Source: an uncultured Terriglobus sp. (GTDB lineage: Bacteria; Acidobacteriota; Terriglobia; Terriglobales; Acidobacteriaceae). From it: DNA of 64,000 bases. A program made the translations under genes and the position numbers. A model generated the notes under the pieces. That model searched no databases. It was not told where the DNA came from and saw only the letters and a program-made list of their open reading frames with translations. The stretch is taken from contig CAXTFT010000001.1 in the NCBI GenBank assembly GCA_964243585.1, positions 681 through 64,680 on the forward strand. The letters run 5' to 3'. This document shows, in pieces, positions 1-9,873 of the stretch. Within the stretch, counting starts at the first letter, position 1. Every line of letters begins with the position of its first letter.

Positions 1-218
1 GATGCGCCCGAAGGATCATTGACAGTACCCAGAATGGTACCGGTGGTGTCCTGGGCGAAGCACGTTGCGGTACCGCCGAACAGGCTGAACACCAGCAGCA
101 GCAGCGCCGCCGCGAACGTGAAGGCTTTGATGGGTGCCGGCCGCTGACGGCGAGCCGTACTTTGCTGACAGTTTGGCCGGCACTTTTCTTGCGTTTTGAT
201 ACGGGTTTTGATTTGCAT
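1..218 (-). CDS. TonB-dependent receptor (Oar-like), 5' end only; runs off the left edge
   Basis: Not in the ORF track. Manual translation from ATG 218: MQIKTRIK...FTFAAALLLLVFSLFGGTATCFAQDTTGTILGTVNDPSGA, i.e. a signal peptide followed by the start of a CarboxypepD_reg domain like the other TBDRs here. Confidence 0.8.
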   Translation of the reverse strand, partial: MQIKTRIKTQEKCRPNCQQSTARRQRPAPIKAFTFAAALLLLVFSLFGGTATCFAQDTTGTILGTVNDPSGA

Positions 219-411
219 CGCGATGTTGGCCTCAAAGAAATACATTGGTTCTAAAGCGCGGCAATCCTAGCAGTCTGTTTGTCCGCATGTCACTCAATTC
301 CTGCCGGGCAGAAGCGATTCAGACAAGGAGTGTGTGCAAATGGAAAACAGGACGATGTAGCGTGGCAGTCGCGGCCCAGGCGAAACGAGTAGGCTTGAAC
401 GATGACGCCGC

Positions 412-2280
412 ATGAGCAACAGCGCCGGAGCCTTTGTGCCGATTGACACTGTCATTTCTAAAGCTTTACCGACGACGAACCGTCACCTGATCCGTTGGGT
501 AGAGAAGACTGCGGAGTTGTGCCAGCCTGCAGCAATCCACTGGCTTGACGGTTCTTGGGAAGAGAACATGTTGCTGTGTGACGGGCTGGTGGAGGCGGGC
601 ACCTTTCAGCGGCTGGACCCGGTGAAGTGGCCCGGCTGCTTCTATGCGCGCTCAAGCCCGAACGACGTGGCCCGGGTGGAAGACCGCACATACATCTGCT
701 CCTTGTCGAAGGACGGCGCGGGACCGACCAATAACTGGGAAGACCCGTTCGTCATGCGGCGCAAGTTGAAGACCCTGTTCAAAGGCTGTATGCGTGGCCG
801 GACGATGTACGTGATGCCGTTTTCGATGGGGCCGGTCGGCTCGCCCATGAGCCAGATCGGTGTGCAGCTGACCGATTCTGCGTATGCCGTAGTGAACATG
901 CGCATCATGGCCCGCATTGGCCTGCCGGTCTACGCGGAGATCGATAAGGACTACAAGCGCGTGGTGCCGTGCGTTCACAGCGTGGGCGCGCCGCTGCTGC
1001 CCGGCCAGGCGGACGTGCCGTGGCCGCAGAACGACACCAAGTACATCGTGCACTATCCGGAGACGCGCGAGATCTGGTCGTATGGCTCAGGCTACGGCGG
1101 CAACGCGCTGCTGGGCAAGAAGTGCTTCGCGCTGCGCATCGCCTCAAACATCGCGCGCGACGAAGGCTGGATGGCCGAGCACATGCTGATCGTCGGCGTG
1201 GAATCGCCCGCGGATGCAGGCGGCCAGACCGAAAAGACTTACGTTGCAGCGGCGTTCCCGTCGGCCTGCGGCAAGACCAACTTCGCCATGCTAATTCCGC
1301 CTGCCGGCTTCGATGGCTGGAAGGTGTGGACGGTGGGCGACGACATTGCATGGATCAAGCCCGACAGCACCGGCCAGCTGCGCGCCATCAACCCTGAGAC
1401 GGGCTTCTTCGGCGTCGCACCTGGCACCAGTGACAAGACCAATCCCAATGCCATGGCGACGCTGCGTTCGAACAGCATCTTCACCAACGTCGCGCTGGTC
1501 ACGAAGGGTGGTCAGCCCAACGGCGACGTCTGGTGGGAGGGCATGACCGACCAGCCCCCAGCCGAGGCATTGGACTGGCGCGGCAACCTGTGGACGCCTG
1601 CGAGCAAGACGCCTGCAGCGCACCCCAACGGCCGCTTCACCGCACCCGCCAAGCAGTGCCCCACCATTGATCCGAGTTGGGAAGACCCAAATGGCGTCCT
1701 CATCTCGGCCATTGTGTTCGGTGGCCGCCGCGCCACGACCATGCCGCTGGTTTACCAGGCGTTTAACTGGAGCAGTGGCGTTTACCTGGGTGCCACCATG
1801 GGCAGTGAACAAACGGCTGCAGCGGGCGGTTCGCTTGGCGTTGTAAGACGCGACCCGATGGCCATGCTGCCCTTCTGCGGCTATCACATGGGCGACTACT
1901 TCCGGCACTGGCTGCGCATGCAGCGCGACCTGTCCACCACGCCGCGCATCTTCCACGTCAACTGGTTCCGCAAGGGCGAAGACGGTAAATTTCTTTGGCC
2001 CGGCTACTCCGAAAACATGCGCGTCCTGAAATGGATCGTGGACCGTTGCTGTGGCCGGGTTCGTGGCCAGGAAACACCCATTGGATGGACGCCCAAGTAC
2101 GGTGACATCGTCTGGGAAGGGCTAGACTTCACCGAAGAGCAGTTCTACCACTTGCAACTCGTCGACCGCGCCGTGTGGAAGCGCGAGGTCATGGGGCACG
2201 AAGAGGTCTTCCTCTTGCTCCACGACCACCTGCCGCCAGAGATGATCTACGAGCGCGAACTGCTTATCTGCAGACTCTGA
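412..2280 (+). CDS. pckG: Phosphoenolpyruvate carboxykinase (GTP)
   Basis: 622 aa; [29 protein letters not shown] (kinase-1a/P-loop), [25 protein letters not shown] motifs. Confidence 0.97.
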   Translation: MSNSAGAFVPIDTVISKALPTTNRHLIRWVEKTAELCQPAAIHWLDGSWEENMLLCDGLVEAGTFQRLDPVKWPGCFYARSSPNDVARVEDRTYICSLSKDGAGPTNNWEDPFVMRRKLKTLFKGCMRGRTMYVMPFSMGPVGSPMSQIGVQLTDSAYAVVNMRIMARIGLPVYAEIDKDYKRVVPCVHSVGAPLLPGQADVPWPQNDTKYIVHYPETREIWSYGSGYGGNALLGKKCFALRIASNIARDEGWMAEHMLIVGVESPADAGGQTEKTYVAAAFPSACGKTNFAMLIPPAGFDGWKVWTVGDDIAWIKPDSTGQLRAINPETGFFGVAPGTSDKTNPNAMATLRSNSIFTNVALVTKGGQPNGDVWWEGMTDQPPAEALDWRGNLWTPASKTPAAHPNGRFTAPAKQCPTIDPSWEDPNGVLISAIVFGGRRATTMPLVYQAFNWSSGVYLGATMGSEQTAAAGGSLGVVRRDPMAMLPFCGYHMGDYFRHWLRMQRDLSTTPRIFHVNWFRKGEDGKFLWPGYSENMRVLKWIVDRCCGRVRGQETPIGWTPKYGDIVWEGLDFTEEQFYHLQLVDRAVWKREVMGHEEVFLLLHDHLPPEMIYERELLICRL

Positions 2281-2411
2281 GCGGGGGAGGGCCAACGTGC
2301 CCCGGAATTTCCTGGAAGAGCTGCTTTCGGTGGGTGATTTACTGCACACCTGTAACAGGTCATCACACCTTTATTCATCATTGCTTCACGCAAGCCCCGT
2401 ACCTTCTCGGC

Positions 2412-5400
2412 ATGCGATCTTTGAAGCTTTCCTCTTTCTGCATTGCGGCAGTGTGCCTTACTGCCCCGCTGATTGCGACAGCGCAGTACGAAAACGGCAG
2501 CGTAGTGGGGACGGTTCGCGACAAAAGTGGTGCGGCTATTCCGGCGGCGACCATTACTGTCACCAATCGGGCGACCGGCGTTGTCAGCACACGCCAGTCA
2601 GATGATCACGGTGACTTCGAAGTGCCGGCGCTCCGCGTGGGCCAGTACGACGTGCGCATCGAGAAGGAAGGCTTCACAACATCGACAGCCACCAATATTG
2701 CCGTTTCGGTGCAGACGCGTCAGCGCGTCGATCTCACGCTGAATGTGGGCGGCGCAAGCACCACCATTGAGGTGAGCGATGTTGCCCTGCGCGTGGAAAG
2801 CGACACCAGCCAGCGCGGACAGCTGATCACGCAGCACCAGACCGTGTCGCTGCCGCTGGTGAGCCGCAACTTCAGCGATCTCGTAGGTCTTGCACCGGGG
2901 GTCCGCTCTACTGCCAACGGCATTCAAACCACCAGCAACACCGGCCTGGTGCGCGAAGGCTCGTTCAATGTCAACGGCCAGCGTTCCATGTTCAACAACT
3001 ACCTGCTCGACGGCATGGATAACAATGCCTATGGCGAGTCAAACCAGGGGTTCAGCAACGAGATTATTCAAACGCCACCGGATTCTGTTGCCGCTTTTCA
3101 GGTAGTCACAAATAATGAGAGCGCGGAGTATGGCCGTGGCAGTGGTGCCACCATCAATGTGGCTTCAGCGCAGGGTTCCAACACCTACCACGGTCGCGTG
3201 TATGAGTTCATCCGCAACACAGACCTGAATGCCATTGGCTTCTTTGCCCCGGCAGGCGGACAAAAGCCGCAGTTCAACCGCAACCAGTTCGGCGGCAACA
3301 TCGGCGGACGCATTGTGCGCGATCACGCGTTCTTCTTTCTTGACTACGAGGGTCTGCGGCAGGCGCGAAAGCAGATCAGTTCGGCCACGTTGCCTACACC
3401 GAATCAACTCAATGGTGTCTTCAGCAAGACGATCTACGACCCCTACAACAGCACCGCGTATGCCGCGGGTTCGTCCATTCTGGGTTCCGCAAACATCTCG
3501 CCGACCGCACGCACAATTGCCGGTTTGATCCGGGCATTAAATCCCTCGAGTGCGATCACGAGTAATTTCACCACGCTGCAGCGCTCGACAAACAAGGGCG
3601 ACAAAGGCGACCTGCGCCTGGACTATGCGGTGAACCAGCGAAACTCGTTGTTTGTGCGCGTCTCGCAGCTGAAGACGAATGCCATTGACTTTCCGGGTCT
3701 TGGTCTGCCGCTGGATGGCAGTTCCAACGGCTACCAGCGCATTCTGGATCAGCAGATCGCCGGCGGTTACACGCGCGTCATCGGCGCGAACCAACTGCTG
3801 GATGTGCGAGTAGGCGTTTCAAAGACCAGGGCCGGTAAGTTCTCCACGTCGATCGGCACAAACCCTGGCGTTACGTTTCCCGGTCTGCCCACTGACCCGG
3901 CGGTGGCGGGCGGCATTCCCGGAATCGGTATCACCGGATTTTCTGCTCTGGGCCGCCAGACGACGAACCCGCAGTTCCAGAATCCCGCGCTGTTTGATCC
4001 CAAGGTGAACTACTCCTGGGTGCGCGGGAGCCACTCGCTCAAGTTTGGATACGAGTACCAGAAGACGTGGATGGACGTGCAGGATACCAATCCGCTGTAC
4101 GGCGGATTTACCTTCGGCGGCGGTTTTACGCGCTTTCAGAACGGCGTGGCGCAGAGCACAGCTACCAGCGACAACTACTTCGCAGACTTCCTTTTTGGGG
4201 CGTCGAGCGTTTACTCACTGTCCAGCTACTTTGTGGCGAAATTGCGCACCGTCGCCAACTTCGCTTACGTTCAGGACGACTGGAAAGCGTCGCCAAAGCT
4301 GACGCTCAACGTCGGCATGCGTTATGAGTACAACTCACCCTACTCCGATGCGCAGAATCGGCTGACAAACTTTGACCCAACATCGGCAGGGGCGCAGACG
4401 GGTCTTATCAGCGCATTCGTTCCAGCGGGCGGCAGCAACAAGTACGGCTTCAATCCAGACTTCAACAACTTCGCACCGCGCTTTGGTTTTGCTTACGCGC
4501 CGGATGAAAAAACCACGGTACGCGGCGGCTTCGGCATCAGCTTTGCCCATTATGACCGCGCTGGTTCGGGCAACGTACTTGCCATCAATCCGCCCAATGC
4601 GCTGTTCACAAATGCAGCACAGACTGCGCCCAGCGCGGGCGGGTCGGCGGGGACCTATGTTCGTTTTGACCAGGGCTTCCCGTCGACGACACTGACCTTC
4701 AATCCTGTCACGGCAAACCCAAGTTACATTGACGGAAACCGGTACCGCGACAGCTACGTTGAAAGCTATTACCTCAGCGTGCAGCGTCAGCTTGCGAAGA
4801 ACACTCTGCTCGACTTCGCGTATGTGGGTAACCATGGGCTGAAGCTATTGCAGCTTGCCAATTACAACCAGAAGGATCCAAGTCGCGGCTTCGCGCGCCC
4901 GCTGCCTGCCTTTGGCGACATCACCTACCCTATTCGAGAGGCGTACTCGCACTATGACTCCATCCAGGTGAAGTACGAGCAGCAAATGGTCGCGGGCCTT
5001 ACACTGCTCAACAGCTTTACCTATGGACACGCGCTCGACAACGCGGGCGCCTCGCTGGAGAGCGCAACACCTGCGCCGCAGGACCTGCGCAACCTGGCAG
5101 CCGACTACAGCAATAGCGACTATAACCAGCCGCTCTACAACACAACCAGCCTTGTCTATGAACTGCCGTTCGGCCGCGGCAAGAAGCTACTGAACAGCAA
5201 TGGCTTTGTTGACGCGATCCTTGGTCAGTGGCAGATCTCGGCCATCAACTCTGCCGCCAGTGGCTACCAGTTCAACATCACGGACACCCCTGCCGCGGCA
5301 CTGCAGGTAACAGCAAGCAGCGTGGCGACATTCCGCGGCGGCAACATCTATCGGCCCAACCGTGTAGGTACCGCACCGCTGTACACCTTTGACAAGTCAC

Positions 5401-5729
5401 GCATCAACGCGGCCAGAACGTCGCTGCAGTACCTAAACGTGGGTTCGTTTGCGATACCCACTACAACGCCGTTCGGCAGCCTGGGCCGCAATGCAGGCCG
5501 CAGCCCGGCGATCAACTTCCTCAATATGGCGTTCAACAAGCGTTTCCGAACTCCGGCGGAACGCGTGAATGTAGAGTTTCGCGGTGAACTCTACAACATC
5601 CTCAATCACACCAACTTCGCCACGGCCGGCGGTGGGCTTTCGGCCAGCGGCACCACGCTGTCAGGTGGAGCCATCACCTCAACACTGGATCCACGTATCG
5701 TGCAGTTCGGACTCAAAATGCTTTTCTAA
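2412..5729 (+). CDS. TonB-dependent receptor, Oar-like (CarboxypepD_reg + plug + beta-barrel)
   Basis: Start re-set to MRSLKLSSFCIAA (signal peptide); GTVRDKSGAAIP, NNYLLDGMDNN, YVQDDWK..LTLNVGMRYEY, FAPRFGFAY, C-terminal PRIVQFGLKMLF. Confidence 0.93.
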   Translation: MRSLKLSSFCIAAVCLTAPLIATAQYENGSVVGTVRDKSGAAIPAATITVTNRATGVVSTRQSDDHGDFEVPALRVGQYDVRIEKEGFTTSTATNIAVSVQTRQRVDLTLNVGGASTTIEVSDVALRVESDTSQRGQLITQHQTVSLPLVSRNFSDLVGLAPGVRSTANGIQTTSNTGLVREGSFNVNGQRSMFNNYLLDGMDNNAYGESNQGFSNEIIQTPPDSVAAFQVVTNNESAEYGRGSGATINVASAQGSNTYHGRVYEFIRNTDLNAIGFFAPAGGQKPQFNRNQFGGNIGGRIVRDHAFFFLDYEGLRQARKQISSATLPTPNQLNGVFSKTIYDPYNSTAYAAGSSILGSANISPTARTIAGLIRALNPSSAITSNFTTLQRSTNKGDKGDLRLDYAVNQRNSLFVRVSQLKTNAIDFPGLGLPLDGSSNGYQRILDQQIAGGYTRVIGANQLLDVRVGVSKTRAGKFSTSIGTNPGVTFPGLPTDPAVAGGIPGIGITGFSALGRQTTNPQFQNPALFDPKVNYSWVRGSHSLKFGYEYQKTWMDVQDTNPLYGGFTFGGGFTRFQNGVAQSTATSDNYFADFLFGASSVYSLSSYFVAKLRTVANFAYVQDDWKASPKLTLNVGMRYEYNSPYSDAQNRLTNFDPTSAGAQTGLISAFVPAGGSNKYGFNPDFNNFAPRFGFAYAPDEKTTVRGGFGISFAHYDRAGSGNVLAINPPNALFTNAAQTAPSAGGSAGTYVRFDQGFPSTTLTFNPVTANPSYIDGNRYRDSYVESYYLSVQRQLAKNTLLDFAYVGNHGLKLLQLANYNQKDPSRGFARPLPAFGDITYPIREAYSHYDSIQVKYEQQMVAGLTLLNSFTYGHALDNAGASLESATPAPQDLRNLAADYSNSDYNQPLYNTTSLVYELPFGRGKKLLNSNGFVDAILGQWQISAINSAASGYQFNITDTPAAALQVTASSVATFRGGNIYRPNRVGTAPLYTFDKSRINAARTSLQYLNVGSFAIPTTTPFGSLGRNAGRSPAINFLNMAFNKRFRTPAERVNVEFRGELYNILNHTNFATAGGGLSASGTTLSGGAITSTLDPRIVQFGLKMLF

Positions 5730-5746
5730 GCAGAGCGTCTTTGGAC

Positions 5747-5776
5747 AAGCGGGCGTTCCTTTGGGGGCGTCTGCTT
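5747..5776 (+). terminator. Putative stem-loop downstream of the TBDR
   Basis: aagcgggcgttcc-tttg-ggggcgtctgctt pairs with several G-U; no strong U-tract. Confidence 0.3.
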
Positions 5777-5863
5777 ATGCACTTGGGAAGGCTGCGACGC
5801 CGAGCATCCGGCTCCTTGCCGGGCACACGGGTAAGCTCGGCATTCCACCGCAACGCGGTCCTC

Positions 5864-6560
5864 TCACACGCCGCGGGCCCCGCCTTCAGGCAGTTTCAAC
5901 ACGTACATCTCCGCGCGATCGTGACCGGTGACGTATAGGTCTCCACCGGTGCCCCCAGCGGCCTCCGGACGCGCTCATGTGGCCAAAGCTGTCAAGAACA
6001 TCGTCCGGGAACAGCCATGACTCCTGCTGATTGAGTTTGCCTTGTAGCGGACAAGCGCGGTCGACCGGTGATTATGCTCGGGCTCACCGCCACGTCCACC
6101 GTAGTTGGCGAAGCAAGCCCACCAGCTTCCGTCATGCCAGTCAATCCATGTCAGCGAGCCGTGCCCTGGGCCGAACGCGTGCGTGCCCGCGTGCCGCAAT
6201 GTTGCCCGGTCAAATCGCTCTATCGAACTGATCATGGGTACACCGGGAAAGTTGGACATGGCACATACAAGTTCGGTTCTCACCGCAAAGCAACTGTTGA
6301 TGTGTATAAAGGCTGGAGGATCACCCTTCCACTGCGCAACGCGCTTGCCGGTCTGCTTGTCGTACTTGCCAATCGCGTGATCGGCAATTGCGTAGAAGAA
6401 GCTGCTGTCCGTAGCGACGCCCTGATTCGCTTCCTCTGCCGTAAAGCGTCGCAGCTCGTGCGCTGTCGGCATACCTTGCGCAGTGGCCTTCGCGGCATAA
6501 GACGCTACGAACAGAAGCAGTATCCAACCTGCGTAAAAAGAACTTAAAGTTTTCGGCTTG
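5864..6560 (-). pseudogene. Decayed secreted hypothetical protein (EANQGVA / WWACFANY / LYVTGHD type)
   Basis: Signal-peptide-like FYAGWILLLFVASYAAKATAQG lacks an in-frame start. Frameshift at ~6042 (RY|GKLNQQESWLFPDDVLDSFGHMSASGGRW). Second shift in a G5 run at ~5952-5956 (GTGGDLYVTGHDRAEMYVLKLPEG). Stop at 5864. Confidence 0.65.
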
Positions 6561-6889
6561 CAAAGGACTTTGGTAGCTCACCTTTAGTCTGCTCAGACAG
6601 CAGGTGCCCGCGAACGATCCGGATACCGTCGAGCATAGATTGATTCCGGTGCGATGATTCCACATAAGCCAGCCGCCGCCATGCTCGAGGATAGGCCTCC
6701 TGCTGAAAGGATGCTGCCTCTGTCCTTCAGCAGCCTAAAACTTATAAAATGTAGCTACAGCTTGTTGCGAACAACAGCTTTACACCGCGGAACTTGCAGT
6801 AGCGGCCTTGTAGGGTGCTGGCATGTGATTCCAGAGGTCTAAATGTTGGTGTTGGCCCAAACTACATCAACCTGTCACGAAGGAGTTAG

Positions 6890-7252
6890 ATGACGCCTGT
6901 GAAATCTATCCCATTTATCTGTGCAGCTTTCATCGTTTTCACCGCAACAGCCCTGGCTCACTCCAAGCCCAGGACTATGCTGCCAGCAGCAGATTCGAGT
7001 GTGCCAGATGCTCCTTCTGAGCTTTCGGTGTACTTTACAGAGGGTCTTGAGCCAAAGTTCAGCCTGCTCCGACTGACCGACGGGAAGGGTACAGTTCTCT
7101 CGAAAGAGGGTTCAAAGCTGGATCCATCGGACGATAAGCACTTAACACTCGCGCTTCCAAAGCTTAGGCCGGGGACTTACTACGTGCACTGGGTTGCCGC
7201 CTCCAAGGATGGGCATAAGATGGACGGCGACTACAAGTTCGCAGTCAAGTAG
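6890..7252 (+). CDS. copC: Copper resistance protein CopC (periplasmic Cu-binding)
   Basis: Signal peptide ending ALA|H (His1 Cu(II) ligand); PGTYYVHW...SKDGH motif; 120 aa. Confidence 0.9.
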   Translation: MTPVKSIPFICAAFIVFTATALAHSKPRTMLPAADSSVPDAPSELSVYFTEGLEPKFSLLRLTDGKGTVLSKEGSKLDPSDDKHLTLALPKLRPGTYYVHWVAASKDGHKMDGDYKFAVK

Positions 7253-7254
7253 AC

Positions 7255-8148
7255 ATGGGAGCAACATTCTGGGCCAGCGTGGCCGCAAATGCTTTCATTG
7301 ACTGCGGACTGGCGATCAGTGTGGGCGGCTTATTCGCGCTGCGCTGGACAGCTGCGAACACAGATATCGCAACTTATGAGCCGAGGGTAAGAGCAGTACT
7401 GCAATGGGCATCTACAGTTGTTCTGATTGGCCTGTTAGTTCATACGTACTCTTATGCGGCAACCATGCTCGACAGCGGACGATTGATGACCGTTGCACGC
7501 GGCCTGCCGTCCATTGCCGGCACACACACCGGTCTGGTGGACATCGTTGCATCCATGGCTGCCGCGTTGATGATTGTCGCGGCTTTGCTGTCGCGCGGCG
7601 TTGCGAAAGCTACCGCTCTGCTGGCAGTACCTCTGCTTACGGTGGTTACCTGTCGCTCAATGACAGGCCATGCTGCAAATCAGGGAAGTTTTACGATTTC
7701 AGAATTAGTGCAGTTCATCCATCTGGCAGCCACGTTTGTCTGGAGTGGCTCCGTCAGCGTGGCTGGTTTATGGTTGCGCCCCGCAATCATCATGAGTTAC
7801 TCCTCGCGGGACAGGAGTTTGTTACATTCACTTTCGGCAGCTTCTATTTGCGCACTTCCTGTGGTGCTGCTTACCGGCGCCCTAAAAAGCTACCAGGGGA
7901 CTGATGGCCATCTTGTGCTTATTTTGCATTCCGGCTGGGGCTGGATTCTTATGGTCAAGATCGGTGCCGTTGCTGCCGCGCTCGTTCTTGGGGCGATGCA
8001 CTTCCGCGCGATCCGCTCGAACGCACCGGGTGACCAATCGCCATCTCCTGCATGGCTGAAGCGGACAATGACGATTGAGGCCGTGCTTCTGCTCATGGTG
8101 CTTGCGCTATCGGCTTTGTTGGCAACAAGTGTTCCACCCTCCGAGTAA
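7255..8148 (+). CDS. copD: CopD-family inner-membrane copper protein
   Basis: Multi-TM protein; SMTGHAA, FIHLAATFVWSG, WGWILMVK, C-terminal LLATSVPP; starts 2 nt after copC. Confidence 0.82.
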   Translation: MGATFWASVAANAFIDCGLAISVGGLFALRWTAANTDIATYEPRVRAVLQWASTVVLIGLLVHTYSYAATMLDSGRLMTVARGLPSIAGTHTGLVDIVASMAAALMIVAALLSRGVAKATALLAVPLLTVVTCRSMTGHAANQGSFTISELVQFIHLAATFVWSGSVSVAGLWLRPAIIMSYSSRDRSLLHSLSAASICALPVVLLTGALKSYQGTDGHLVLILHSGWGWILMVKIGAVAAALVLGAMHFRAIRSNAPGDQSPSPAWLKRTMTIEAVLLLMVLALSALLATSVPPSE

Positions 8149-8174
8149 ATTGGAGCAGACCGGAGCATGGTCCG

Positions 8175-8843
8175 CTAAATTCCACCGGTGGAACCTGCAA
8201 GCGCACCACGCCAGTATTCTGTCAAAGCCTCGCGCAACTCTCTTCCAAAGGGGTTTGCTGTCAGGCTCCGTGCCACCTGCGGCAAGTGAGAGTCTTCGGC
8301 ATCCTGGTAGGACTGCCACAGTCCCCTGGTCAGAGCGTAAGTACGCATCAGCAGTTGCAGCCCGCGGCGTGATGGCAGCCGCAGCGCACCGTCGATGATG
8401 CTCCCCGTCTTTTCCAGACGCGCCGTGTAGTCCGCTTTGTGGGCAACCAGCGCATCGTGCAGCATGTTTCTTTCCAGAACCCCGTAGCCAAGTGCATCGA
8501 GACGGAGAAGCTCAGGATGGCGCTCCAGGTGCGCCACAAGGTTGGCTAAAAAGGCCTCAACTTTGATGGCGCGGCTCCCCTTCGTCGTCTGGAAGAGCAG
8601 TTGACCTTCCTTCATAACGGCGTCCCAGCCCTCCAGCAGAAGCACGGCAAAGATCTCTTCCTTGGTGCGGAAATAAAGGTAGACCGTTCCCTTGGCAAGC
8701 CCGGTGGCTGATGCAATCTCTGCCGCCGTGGGCAGGCTGCCCGTGCCCGTGATGAACAGGGTGTTAGCAGCCTGCAGGATAGCCGCGCGCCGTGCGGCTT
8801 TATCCTCTGACGCATGTGCGTGAGGCGCAATGGTTCTCTTCAC
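8175..8843 (-). CDS. TetR/AcrR family transcriptional regulator
   Basis: N-terminal HTH: ILQAA...TAAEIASATGLAKGTVYLYFRTKEEIF; GTG start overlaps the SDR stop (GTGA). Confidence 0.92.
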   Translation of the reverse strand: MKRTIAPHAHASEDKAARRAAILQAANTLFITGTGSLPTAAEIASATGLAKGTVYLYFRTKEEIFAVLLLEGWDAVMKEGQLLFQTTKGSRAIKVEAFLANLVAHLERHPELLRLDALGYGVLERNMLHDALVAHKADYTARLEKTGSIIDGALRLPSRRGLQLLMRTYALTRGLWQSYQDAEDSHLPQVARSLTANPFGRELREALTEYWRGALAGSTGGI

Positions 8844-9619
8844 TTCGACATACGATACGTGAGTTTCGCTTGCAGATAGCGAGACGTAAAGCGATTAGAA
8901 AAAGCTGTGAGCCGGTTCAGCTTGCCGACAATTACGCTGGATTTGCCGGCAAACATCGCCTTCAGGCCAACGGCGGCAACCTTGGCCGGGGAGACGATAG
9001 ACGGTTTCAGCGAAGCCTTTGGTTTGAATCCGGACACATCGTTAAAGCCGGTATCCATCAGTCCGGGCGAGACCACTGTGACGCCCACTTTCCCGGCGAG
9101 TTCAACGTGCAGCGCGACACCGAACGCAAGGACGTAGTGCTTCGCCGCGCCGTATGCTGCCAGCAGCGGATCGGGCTGGTATGCTGCGAGGCTGGCAACC
9201 AGCAGGATGTGGCCCGCTCCACGAGCGGCCATGCGTTTGCCGAAGAGGTGCGTGAGTTCGGTCAGGCTGACGATGTCAAGCTGCAGCATCTCACGCAGCC
9301 GCTCTGGTTCCTGCGAGATGAACTCGCCGCTTAGGCCAAAGCCCGCGTTGTTGATAAGGATGTCCGGCTCGATGCCCTGTGCTTCCAGCCGCTTCTGCAG
9401 GTCGGCCGGACCTGCTGGAGCGCTAAGATCAATTCCTTCGACGACAACCCGCACGCCATGCTGCTGACGAAGCTCCACTGCGAGTGCCTGCATCGGCTCT
9501 TCGCGACGAGCAGCCAGTACCAAGTCGAACTTTCTACCAGCCAGGTGCCTGGCAAACTCTACCCCCAACCCACTTGATGCTCCCGTTACCACTGCCCACT
9601 GCGTGCCTGATTTCGACAT
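8840..9619 (-). CDS. Short-chain dehydrogenase/reductase (DltE-like)
   Basis: Start at MSKSGTQW behind GGAGG; TGASSGLG, NNAGFG, YGAAK catalytic motif. Confidence 0.92.
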   Translation of the reverse strand: MSKSGTQWAVVTGASSGLGVEFARHLAGRKFDLVLAARREEPMQALAVELRQQHGVRVVVEGIDLSAPAGPADLQKRLEAQGIEPDILINNAGFGLSGEFISQEPERLREMLQLDIVSLTELTHLFGKRMAARGAGHILLVASLAAYQPDPLLAAYGAAKHYVLAFGVALHVELAGKVGVTVVSPGLMDTGFNDVSGFKPKASLKPSIVSPAKVAAVGLKAMFAGKSSVIVGKLNRLTAFSNRFTSRYLQAKLTYRMSK

Positions 9620-9628
9620 ACCGCCTCC

Positions 9629-9663
9629 ATGACTTGTAGTCATATTACATGACCAACAGTCAT
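9629..9663. promoter_or_regulatory. Tandem palindromic operators ATGAC-N5-GTCAT (probable TetR binding sites)
   Basis: atgac-ttgta-gtcat (9629-9643) and atgac-caaca-gtcat (9649-9663), 20-bp period, immediately upstream of the RBS of the SDR-TetR operon. Confidence 0.7.
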
Positions 9664-9873
9664 ATGGCTTACTTAATCTAAAACTACTGCTGATTATCCT
9701 GTCCGGCACTCCAACTCCTGACCCAGCTGGGGGGGCGCAGGAATCTGCTGTTTTCAGCGTTGCAGTGTGGATGCGCGCAAGGGACCTATCTGCCGCCAAC
9801 CTCTAATCCCTAGAAAGGAGAGTAATTAGGCGTGAAAAAGCTTGTTGAAGCAAGACGATCGTACAGTTAAGTG

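Noticed and set aside
2175-2411. N-terminal extensions of the TBDR ORFs (also 43586-43852 and 48581-48769)
   Set aside because: Signal peptides begin at downstream ATGs; the extensions are longest-ORF artefacts
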